NCBI GenBank assembly: GCA_965662235.1
Contig: CBFIGY010000025.1
Span: 1 to 40,984, forward strand
Direction: 5' to 3'
Length of the DNA: 40,984 bases
DNA from: an uncultured bacterium
Lineage (GTDB): Bacteria > SAR324 > NAC60-12
Shown: piece by piece, positions 17,696 through 25,736 of the stretch
How the letters are laid out: every line of letters starts with the position of its first letter
Position numbering within the stretch: the first letter of the stretch is position 1
Position numbers and translations under genes: made by a program
The notes under the pieces: generated by a model
Databases searched by the model: none
Seen by the model: the letters and a program-made list of their open reading frames with translations, nothing else
Told to the model about the DNA's origin: nothing

Positions 17696-18066
17696 AGCGA
17701 TCTCGTGATGAGAAAAAGGGAGCTGCTCCCTCGGTTGATGTGCAGCTAAAAATCGATGAGATCCAAGCGGTTACCATGCGCCATGGGCATGCTTCCCTGT
17801 CAGTTGGACCCGGAAATCCGAATGGATTTTGCCTCTGAAGTCAATACTAAAATCGTTTCAGCGCTCACTTTTGAGAATCGAATTCTCGATTTCCTGATAC
17901 CTAGTTTGCCAGAGATTTCCAACTTCGTGATAAATTTGTCTTCTGCCTCACGGGCATTATCGGTATAACCTAGCGAGGAGAGGCCTCTAAGGTCTCAGAT
18001 TTTGAATTTTGGGAGCGCCTGCAGGATCGCCAGGCAGCCGCTCCGTTTGCTTCCGTATCAGACGTC

Positions 18067-19239
18067 ATGGAACCGTTTCCGCTTCTGCTCAATCTACAGG
18101 GTCGCCGTTGCCTCGTGGTGGGGGAGTCGGACGTTTTGGCTCAGCAGGCCGCCGCGTTTCTACAGGCGGGTGCCGAGGTCTGGGTGGCGGCTCAGGCGCC
18201 CTGTCCGGCTTTGTTGGGGTTGCTGCATCAGCAGCACGTTGCTGCCCACACCGGTCCTCTGGATGCACAGAGCCTCCGAGGCTTTCAACTGATTGTGTCC
18301 ACCTCGGCGGATCCGGAGTTCAACCAGTGGCTGCTCACACAGGGACGGCAAGCAGGCGCCTGGGTGCACCTGCTGGAGGATCCGGAAGCGTCGGACTTTC
18401 AGCTGGGATCTCCAGTGTCGCCCGTCCCGGCACCAGCGAATTCCCAGAAGCCTCCGGAGGCGTTAAGGCGGGGGCATGTTGCGCTGGTGGGAGCAGGACC
18501 AGGGGACCCTGAGTTGCTGACCCTCCGGGCCATCCGGCACCTGCAGGCGGCAGAGGCTATTGTGTTTGACCGCCTTGTTTCCCGGGAGATCCTGGACTTT
18601 GCGGCGCCCGGAACCGAGCTGGTCTACGCCGGCAAGAAGAAGGCTCACCACTTCATGCGTCAGGAAGAGATCAACCAGACCCTGGTGGAACTGGCGCAGG
18701 CAGGAAAGCGGGTGGTCCGCCTGAAGGGAGGCGACCCGTTCATCTTTGGCCGAGGGGGAGAGGAGATTGAAGCGCTGCTCGACGCGGGGTTGGACTTTGA
18801 AGTAGTCCCGGGCATCACTGCAGCGTCCGGATGCGCGACCTACGCCGGGATCCCGCTGACGCACCGTGACCACGCCCACTCCTGTACCTTTGTCACCGGA
18901 CACTCCAAGCAACCGGACCTCGACATCCGCTGGGACGCACTGGCGGATGGACGACAGACGGTGGTGTTTTACATGGGCTTGAGCAACCTGGAGCTGATCT
19001 GTGAGCGCCTGATGGCTCACGGGCGCCCACCTCACACCCCTGCTGCTGCCATTCATAGCGGGACCACCTCGCATCAAGCCATGGTGGTGGGAACCCTCAC
19101 CACCCTTCCCGCCCTCACCGAGTCGTCTCACCTCCGGCATCCAACGCTGATCATTGTCGGAGAGGTGGTGGCCCTTCATGAGCGCTTTCAGACGCATCAC
19201 GCGCAGCCGCTGGCGCTGGTTTCGGCCAAAAGCCCTTAG
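18067..19239 (+). CDS. cobA: uroporphyrinogen-III C-methyltransferase with a degenerate CysG-like N-terminal domain
   Basis: LVGAGPGDPELLT, DRLV, QEEIN, VRLKGGDPFIFGRGGEE, VPGITAA, GIPLTHR. N-terminus FPLLLNLQGRRCLVVG resembles CysG-B but is short. Confidence 0.88.
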   Translation: MEPFPLLLNLQGRRCLVVGESDVLAQQAAAFLQAGAEVWVAAQAPCPALLGLLHQQHVAAHTGPLDAQSLRGFQLIVSTSADPEFNQWLLTQGRQAGAWVHLLEDPEASDFQLGSPVSPVPAPANSQKPPEALRRGHVALVGAGPGDPELLTLRAIRHLQAAEAIVFDRLVSREILDFAAPGTELVYAGKKKAHHFMRQEEINQTLVELAQAGKRVVRLKGGDPFIFGRGGEEIEALLDAGLDFEVVPGITAASGCATYAGIPLTHRDHAHSCTFVTGHSKQPDLDIRWDALADGRQTVVFYMGLSNLELICERLMAHGRPPHTPAAAIHSGTTSHQAMVVGTLTTLPALTESSHLRHPTLIIVGEVVALHERFQTHHAQPLALVSAKSP

Positions 19240-19291
19240 CGCGTTTTTTCGGAGCAGCGCTCTGTTTCTTTCCCTTTCTGGTTCTTCATTC

Positions 19292-20230
19292 ATGCGTTTC
19301 CAACCGTTTTTCTGCATTCCTCCTTTGCTGGGGCTGCTGCTGTTCCCATGCGGAGCCTGGGCGGCGGATGCTTCTGCTTCTGCGGCTTGGCCGGCCTGGG
19401 TCTGGCTGCTGCTGTTACTGGTGACCGCCTTTGTGATCGGGCTCTTCGGAGTCATGGCCGGCATTGGCGGCGGGGTGCTGTTTGTTCCGCTGGTGAGCAG
19501 CTTCTTTCCCTTTCACATCGATTACGTCCGGGGGGCTGGACTCTTCATTGCGCTGGGCAGTTCGCTGGCGGCCACGCCATACCTGTTGCGTCAGAACCTG
19601 GCCAGCCTCAAGCTGGCGATGCCGGTTGCCCTAGTGGCATCTGTTTTTTCCATCGTCGGAGCGCAGCTGGGGCTGTGGCTGTCCGGACTGGACCCTCGCT
19701 ACGTTCAGGGCGCGCTGGGGGTGACGATCATTGCGATTGGGGCGTTCATGCTGGGGGTGCCTCCGAACCGCCAGGAGAACCTCCCGGAGCTGGACTCCCT
19801 GGCCAAGCAGCTGGGCCTCTTTGGGCAGTACCGCAGCGACTCCGGTGAGTTGGCGGACTGGACGGTGTTCCGGACGGCCAAGGGGCTGGTGGGCTTCATT
19901 GTGGTGGGGCTGGTGGCAGGCATGTTTGGACTGGGCGCAGGCTGGGCAAACGTTCCCTTGATCAACCTGGTAATGGGAGTGCCCCTCAAGGTGGCGGTGG
20001 CCACAAGCAACCTCTCGATCTCCATCGCGTCTCCTGCCGCATGGGTGTACCTCAATCAGGGGGCCGTGCTTCCGGCGCTGGTCGCCCCGTCGATGCTGGG
20101 GGTGATGTCAGGCTCGCTGATCGGGTCCCGCCTGCTTCCGTATGTTCCCACTTCGGTCATCCGCAAGATGGTGATCGGGGTGCTCTTTCTCTCCGGCTTG
20201 CGCTCCTTGCTGAAAGGATTTGGATGGTAA
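19292..20230 (+). CDS. TauE/SafE (TSUP) family sulfite exporter-like membrane protein
   Basis: Repeated GxxGxGGG motifs (MAGIGGGVLFVP, GMFGLGAGWANVP), PLKVAVATS, multiple TM helices. Start placed at ATG 19292. Confidence 0.88.
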   Translation: MRFQPFFCIPPLLGLLLFPCGAWAADASASAAWPAWVWLLLLLVTAFVIGLFGVMAGIGGGVLFVPLVSSFFPFHIDYVRGAGLFIALGSSLAATPYLLRQNLASLKLAMPVALVASVFSIVGAQLGLWLSGLDPRYVQGALGVTIIAIGAFMLGVPPNRQENLPELDSLAKQLGLFGQYRSDSGELADWTVFRTAKGLVGFIVVGLVAGMFGLGAGWANVPLINLVMGVPLKVAVATSNLSISIASPAAWVYLNQGAVLPALVAPSMLGVMSGSLIGSRLLPYVPTSVIRKMVIGVLFLSGLRSLLKGFGW

Positions 20231-20637
20231 CGTCAACGGACTCAAACCCCACGCTTCCGGAGCATCAGGAGTATGCGACCGTCTTGGCCTGGGGCAACCG
20301 CCTAGGACTGCTGTTGCTGGTGCTGGGATTTCTGAGCTACGTCACCGGATTCTTGCCGGGAGCGTTGCCACTGACGGATCTGCCGCGCCTCTGGTCCCTG
20401 CCGCTCAACGAGTTCCTGGCCCAGGCTCAGGCGCCTCAGGGGTGGGGGTGGCTGCAGGTGGTGGACCGTGGAGACGGTGTGGCGATGGTAGGCATCCTCA
20501 CGCTGGGGTGCGTCACCGTGGTGAGCTACAGCTTCCTCGTGGTCCGGTTTCTACGGACGCGTGAGCACCTGCGCCTGTGGATGGCGTTGGGGGAGATTGC
20601 GGTGACGGTGGTAGCAGCCCTGGGGTGGGGCCTGTAG
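20224..20637 (+). CDS. DUF1634-like membrane protein
   Basis: 137 aa with 3 hydrophobic segments and LPRLWSLP...GWGW...GD. Overlaps the TSUP stop, which is the usual partner arrangement. Confidence 0.7.
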   Translation: MVTSTDSNPTLPEHQEYATVLAWGNRLGLLLLVLGFLSYVTGFLPGALPLTDLPRLWSLPLNEFLAQAQAPQGWGWLQVVDRGDGVAMVGILTLGCVTVVSYSFLVVRFLRTREHLRLWMALGEIAVTVVAALGWGL

Positions 20638-20640
20638 GCG

Positions 20641-21147
20641 TCAAAATGCCTCGGGGCAGTAGTGCTGATCCAGGGGCTGGCCATCGGCAGAAACCGTTGG
20701 GCCAATGGGGCTCCACCGCCGTTCCGGGCTGGCCAGGAAGGCGGCAAAGTCGGCCGGCACAGCCTCCGGGTCAATCAGAGTCACCCGTTGCTCCTCGCAC
20801 TCATAAAGCCGGTACTGAACGATCCACCCCTGATCGACATCCAGGGCCTGCAGCTGAGCGAGCTGAAAGCGCCGGGGCGGCGTTCCGGCCAGCTCAAGGC
20901 TTCGGGAAACCTGAGGGTTGTCGAAGATGATGCGGGTGACAGGCTGGAAGAAGAGGTGCGCGACGTTGTACAGGTCCGGCTCCCGAATGACCTGCAGCTC
21001 CACAAACTCCGGGTGCTGCGTGGCCACAAGGGCCCGCATCTGCTCCTCCCACTGCAGGCTCGTCTGAATGACATACGCCCAGCCAAGCCCAATGAGGACC
21101 AGGCTGGCGACCTGAATGCGGCGATCGGAGAAGAGGCGCCGGATCAT
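20641..21147 (-). CDS. hypothetical membrane-anchored protein
   Basis: N-terminal TM helix. ATGA overlap with the channel gene stop. Confidence 0.7.
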   Translation of the reverse strand: MIRRLFSDRRIQVASLVLIGLGWAYVIQTSLQWEEQMRALVATQHPEFVELQVIREPDLYNVAHLFFQPVTRIIFDNPQVSRSLELAGTPPRRFQLAQLQALDVDQGWIVQYRLYECEEQRVTLIDPEAVPADFAAFLASPERRWSPIGPTVSADGQPLDQHYCPEAF

Positions 21148-23648
21148 TTGCGCGAGAATTGCTGCACCCGCTGCTTCCCCTTCTCCATGAGGTGACTCAG
21201 CTCTTCCTGCGGAGCGCCCAGCAGATGGGCGATGTCGGACAGCAGTTGCTGCTCCTCCTGGGCAAAGTCCCGATCCACCACTGCAATGTCCAGCAACTCC
21301 TCAAGCACCAGCGTCCGGTCGGCTTCGCTGATGTCAATGGGCTCCACTTCCGGATGCCGTCCCAGCAGAATCATCTCCTCTAGCTCCTGAATGTGTTCCG
21401 GATTCTCCAGCATGCGAACGGCCCCATGGAGGAAGGTTCGTTCATGCAGGTCAATGTTTTCATCAGCCATCACCATGGCCACCACAGCCTTGGCGTACCA
21501 GAAACGGTGCTCGGCGTCAAAGTGCTGGAGCAGCTCGGCGCTCAGCTTGGGGCTCTGGTCGTCATTGAGGGTCTCCTCCATTTCCCGGAGCACCCGGATC
21601 GACTTGAGAACCTTGTGCGCCTGCTCGTTCCCCGAGAGGGCGGATTCCCGGAACCAGTAATAGGCTTCTTCCCGGTTTTTCGGCACCCCCTGTCCGTTGA
21701 AGTTCATGATGCCGAGGTTGTACTTGGCCCGGGCATGATCCTGAATGGCGGCCATGTGAAATAGCCGGTACGCCTCACGGAGGTCGCCTCCGGACTTGGT
21801 CAACTCAACCGCCTGACGGAACCAGTCTTCTGACTCGTTGGGATTCTGAGCCCGTAGGGCTGCCGCCTTGTTGATGCGGTCTGCGGCTTCGTCGGCCAGC
21901 AGCGTGTGGTGCTTCTCAAAGAAGCTCTGGTTGCGGATCGACTCCTCCAGCGCCAGGAAGATGAGGCTGTCTCCCGGCTCCACCATGAGCTCCGGATGCG
22001 GGTTCACCAGCAGCTTGCGGTTGGCACCACGGAGCAGGCCCACAGGAAGTTGATTGGACTGGCGCTTGACCTTCAGGAGGGTCTCAATCCACTTCCGGGG
22101 CGCCCAGTCGCTGGAAAGGCGTCGGACAAAGAGGCTCTGCACATGTGCTTCCTCAGAAAGGATCTGCGTCACCAGCGTCCCGTACCCTTCGTTGGTGGCC
22201 GTCTGAGAAAGGATGGGGGCAATCAGTTCATCCGCCTGCAGGCAGAAGTCACAGCCCACCTTCATCAGCTGGACGTCAAAGTCCGGTTCCCGGTAGCTCG
22301 CAATCGTGAAGATCTCACCGCCGGTCTCTTGCTCAAGACGGAGGACGGCCATCAGGGTCTGACCATCGTGCTGATGATCGATGAAGGCCACCTTGGCTTC
22401 GGTCGCCCGGGCCTTGCGGAAAGAGGCTTCGCTGTTGGAAACGCCTTCAATCCAATCGATCTCAAGGCCTTCCGGGAACTGCTCCAGAGGCGTATGCTCG
22501 GTGATCACCACCACCCGGTCCTTGACCCGGGCCTTCTGCAGCTCCTTGAGCATCCGGTCGATGAACATCAGGTTGTCGGAGCTGATCACCAGGTGTCCTT
22601 CCACCCGGAGGTCCTCCATGCCGGCAATCTCAAGGGCGTGCTCATCGAGGTCTCCCTGGGGACGGGTTTCCGGAGGAGTCAGCTGGAGAACCTGCGTTCC
22701 CGCATGGATCACATGGTCGGCCGCTGGATTGACCAGCACCATCTCGTCTTCCAGCAGTCCCAGCGGCATGATGCCCTGGTGACTCTTCAGCTGCGCAATG
22801 ACGTCCAACCAGGTCTTGTCATGAAGCTCCGGGCTGAGCTTTTGCGTCACCAAGCGGTGTCCATTGGAGCGGTTGACGACCTCATGCACCCAGGCCGGAC
22901 CTCCTTGAGACCGGTAGGCCTGCACCATCAGCGGCACATACACCTCATAGGGGTCGAGGGCATGGTCGCAGCCGATTTCCTGAAAGTGCTTGCGGTTGCT
23001 CTCGCCGGTGTACTGCGCCATGGTGATGACGTCTCCGTTGCTGAGGCTTTCCAGCTGAAGCACTGTCATCAGGGTCAGGCTATTCTCCTGATACGAGACA
23101 TAGGCAATCTGGGCCTTTTCAGCAGACGCCTTGCGCAGGACGTCAATGCTGTAGCTCTCTCCAGACACCCAGGGGAGCTTCTTGTAGGGGGTGGTGATGA
23201 GGGGGTGCTCGTCTCCGGGGCCAATCAAGGCCACCTTGTTCTGCTTGAGGAACGATTGGTTCTGCTCCAGGATCTCTTCCATGAAGGCAGGGCTGTCGGA
23301 GCAGATCAGCACATGATCCTTCTCCACGACCGGATCGAGTCCACGCTCGCGACCGCTCTTGAATTCGTCAAACTTTGCGGTCACCAGTGAGACGATGATG
23401 GAGAAGTTGACGATTCCGGCGGCCATCACCAAGAAGGTGAAGATCCGGCCTCCCACGGTGATCGGAGCCATGTCTCCGTATCCGACGGTGGTGATGGTCT
23501 CAACGGTCCACCAGAGGGCGTCAAAGGGGGTGTTGAAGGTGCTTTCTTCGTTTCCTGTGAGGATGTACTCAAAGAAGTAAATCCCCAAAGTGGAGGAAAG
23601 CAGCAGCAACGGCAGCATCACGAGAAAAATAAATCGCGCTTTGTTCAT
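21144..23648 (-). CDS. 2TM potassium channel with tandem RCK domains, Sel1 repeats and C-terminal TerB-like domain
   Basis: TM1, pore helix ALWWTVETITTVGYGD, TM2, two RCK-like repeats, Sel1 motif AKYNLGIMNFNGQGVPKNREEAYYWF, TerB-like MVMADENIDLHE and IAVVDRDFAQEE. Start moved to MNKARF (23648). Confidence 0.88.
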   Translation of the reverse strand: MNKARFIFLVMLPLLLLSSTLGIYFFEYILTGNEESTFNTPFDALWWTVETITTVGYGDMAPITVGGRIFTFLVMAAGIVNFSIIVSLVTAKFDEFKSGRERGLDPVVEKDHVLICSDSPAFMEEILEQNQSFLKQNKVALIGPGDEHPLITTPYKKLPWVSGESYSIDVLRKASAEKAQIAYVSYQENSLTLMTVLQLESLSNGDVITMAQYTGESNRKHFQEIGCDHALDPYEVYVPLMVQAYRSQGGPAWVHEVVNRSNGHRLVTQKLSPELHDKTWLDVIAQLKSHQGIMPLGLLEDEMVLVNPAADHVIHAGTQVLQLTPPETRPQGDLDEHALEIAGMEDLRVEGHLVISSDNLMFIDRMLKELQKARVKDRVVVITEHTPLEQFPEGLEIDWIEGVSNSEASFRKARATEAKVAFIDHQHDGQTLMAVLRLEQETGGEIFTIASYREPDFDVQLMKVGCDFCLQADELIAPILSQTATNEGYGTLVTQILSEEAHVQSLFVRRLSSDWAPRKWIETLLKVKRQSNQLPVGLLRGANRKLLVNPHPELMVEPGDSLIFLALEESIRNQSFFEKHHTLLADEAADRINKAAALRAQNPNESEDWFRQAVELTKSGGDLREAYRLFHMAAIQDHARAKYNLGIMNFNGQGVPKNREEAYYWFRESALSGNEQAHKVLKSIRVLREMEETLNDDQSPKLSAELLQHFDAEHRFWYAKAVVAMVMADENIDLHERTFLHGAVRMLENPEHIQELEEMILLGRHPEVEPIDISEADRTLVLEELLDIAVVDRDFAQEEQQLLSDIAHLLGAPQEELSHLMEKGKQRVQQFSRK

Positions 23649-24087
23649 GGGTCTCGGGTTGTGGTGAAGTCGTGACGCGTCCCTCGCTGGGATCAGCCAC
23701 AGGCGGTGGTTGCCAAGGGTCCCTCTCTGGCGTACCTCGTTCAGGCTGAGCAGGGTCCTCTCCCCATGTGTGAGGAGGGGGCAAGAGGGACAGGGTTCCT
23801 CTTCCCGGTGTTTGGGTGCAACAGAGGGAAGGTGCTGTTTTCTGCAAACGATCTGGAACACGCCTCACGCAAGGAGGGCTTCCAGCACATGGTCCCCAGT
23901 AGAAGCAGGGACACCTGGAGGCACGCGGGAAATGTCGGCCAGGGGATGTACTTAACGGCGCTTCCGGAGGGGGTGTCAGGCGACACGGTCTTCCGGGCCT
24001 CGGCACCAAGGCTGCGTGTCCTGAAGAGAACCGAGCCTCAGCGGGAGGCGAGCGCGATTACTGAACGGCTGCTGGAGGATCTGGAGG

Positions 24088-25608
24088 TTAATCCAGGTCG
24101 CCCAGGGTAATGATTTGGTCAGAGGGCGCGAGCACAAAGGAACGGTCCAGCCCCGGGCACCACTCGATGCGTCCGGTCTCGGTGGACTCCTCTCCATACA
24201 GCACCCCCAGGAACACCTCGCCCTGCGTCTGGGCGGCCATGACCAGGTCAGCAGTTTCCAGAGCCGCCGTGCTCTCCGGAAACAGGGTTTCAACGGCCCG
24301 GGAACGGACTCCCTGGGTGCGGCTGTCTACCAGCTGGGTCCAGAAGGGACTCTGTTCGGGATTCAAAACCGCCCGCAGCGTGACGCCAAGGAGCAGCGAC
24401 TGCGGGACCGCGGCTTGGATTCCGGCCCGGGCGTAAGCGGCTTCCTGTCCCCACTTGCGGACATCGACCACCCACTCCGGACGAGCCTGCAGCTGCTGCG
24501 CCTGACGCTGCAACTGCCGGGAAAGGCTCCAGGCCTGCTCGCCATCGTCTGGTGTGAGGACTAGGACCGAGGCATACTGGTTCAGCTTGAGGGCCCGGAT
24601 GATCTTCGGATCCTGGATATCCAGAGAACGGACCTTCAGAGGCAGGCCCGGGAGCTTCTGCTGCAGGTTCTGAACCGACTCTGCGGTCAGAGGAACCCTA
24701 GGCTCCGAGAGAACATGAAGCACCGATCCGTCCGGAAGCAACTCGGCGAGTTGCACCAGCAACGGTTCAGCTGCCGGCGTCCAGCGGACCACGAGGTGCA
24801 CGCCTGATGGCAAAACCGGATCCTGAGGCTGCAGGCGAGGAACCTGCGGTGTTGCCGGAGTCGCCTGAAAGTCGAGGGGCACGTGGGCTGGCAGCCAGAT
24901 CAGCAGCTCATCCTCTCCCTGCAGTTCGGTGGTCGGAGGAGGCGCAATGAAGATCCGTCCATCGGGAAAGCGGATGCCCACCGGCTGCCCCTGAAAGGCC
25001 CGGAGCTGCGCCTCGCCGAAGCGCATGCCCTGCCAACCTCCTTCTGGAGCAAAGCGCTGCAGGTCTCCGGTGTGACAGAAGCCTTCCAGGCAGCGGGCCT
25101 GAAAGTCAGGGCGAAGGGAGTTGGCCATGAGCCAGCCCTTGAAATCGTTCTCAACAAACACAACGGCGTCCGGGAGCCACTCCAGCACCTGCTGGCGTCC
25201 CTCTTCGGTCTCCATCACCACGCCCACCCGTCCCAGGTCGGCCACCGTGAGGACGCTGGCAAGGGTCAGCAGGGTTTCCTCTTCAGAAGCTTCCGGAAGC
25301 ACCAGCACGCCCACAGGACCTTTGAGGGGCAGGGACTGCAGGAGTTCGCCGTCGGAAGCCCTTCCTGGAATCACCTGAACGGGCACCGGAAGGTGCGTCT
25401 GCAGGGCCTCTACGGCGGCAGAAACCTCCAGCACCTCGACTTCCGGGAGCAGCACAATCTGCTCCAGCTCCAGCTCCAACTGACCCAACCACCGGAGGAG
25501 GCTGATCTGACGGAGGCCTCCGCCGCCAATCAGCAGGCTCTTGGGAGGACGCTGCAGGGCGTCCCAGTTCTCAGTAGCCGTGAGGGGCTCAAACGGTTCC
25601 AATTCCAT
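24088..25608 (-). CDS. soluble RCK-type protein resembling the cytosolic region of CASTOR/POLLUX-like channels
   Basis: GMRFGE...PVGIRFPDGRIFIAPPPTTELQGEDELLI and AAQTQGEVFLG...P....VLAPSDQIITL resemble RCK-C repeats. No TM or pore segment. Confidence 0.65.
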   Translation of the reverse strand: MELEPFEPLTATENWDALQRPPKSLLIGGGGLRQISLLRWLGQLELELEQIVLLPEVEVLEVSAAVEALQTHLPVPVQVIPGRASDGELLQSLPLKGPVGVLVLPEASEEETLLTLASVLTVADLGRVGVVMETEEGRQQVLEWLPDAVVFVENDFKGWLMANSLRPDFQARCLEGFCHTGDLQRFAPEGGWQGMRFGEAQLRAFQGQPVGIRFPDGRIFIAPPPTTELQGEDELLIWLPAHVPLDFQATPATPQVPRLQPQDPVLPSGVHLVVRWTPAAEPLLVQLAELLPDGSVLHVLSEPRVPLTAESVQNLQQKLPGLPLKVRSLDIQDPKIIRALKLNQYASVLVLTPDDGEQAWSLSRQLQRQAQQLQARPEWVVDVRKWGQEAAYARAGIQAAVPQSLLLGVTLRAVLNPEQSPFWTQLVDSRTQGVRSRAVETLFPESTAALETADLVMAAQTQGEVFLGVLYGEESTETGRIEWCPGLDRSFVLAPSDQIITLGDLD

Positions 25609-25736
25609 GGGCACAGGGTCGGGAAAGCAGGTCGCTTTTGGGGTTGGGGAAGAGTTCTTAGGATCTGGGCAGGCTGAGGACTCTGTAAAAATAAGGGCCC
25701 ATATCTATCGAAACTGCACCAGATGGTCAAGCTTTG

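Noticed and set aside
14447..17749. 1100-aa plus-strand ORF
   Set aside because: Antisense shadow of the Mo-enzyme and FeS-NrfD genes, with no motifs. Long antisense frames are expected in GC-rich coding DNA.
21906..23390. 494-aa plus-strand ORF, and similar antisense ORFs over alr, mfd and GH20
   Set aside because: Each lies wholly opposite a well-supported gene and has no recognisable domain.
23649..23861. 71-aa N-terminal extension of the channel in the ORF track (likewise upstream extensions at 2183-2296, 6412-6504, 19154-19291, 27555-27605, 29821-29877)
   Set aside because: The extensions are non-homologous. Downstream ATGs match family N-termini, signal peptides or RBS positions better.
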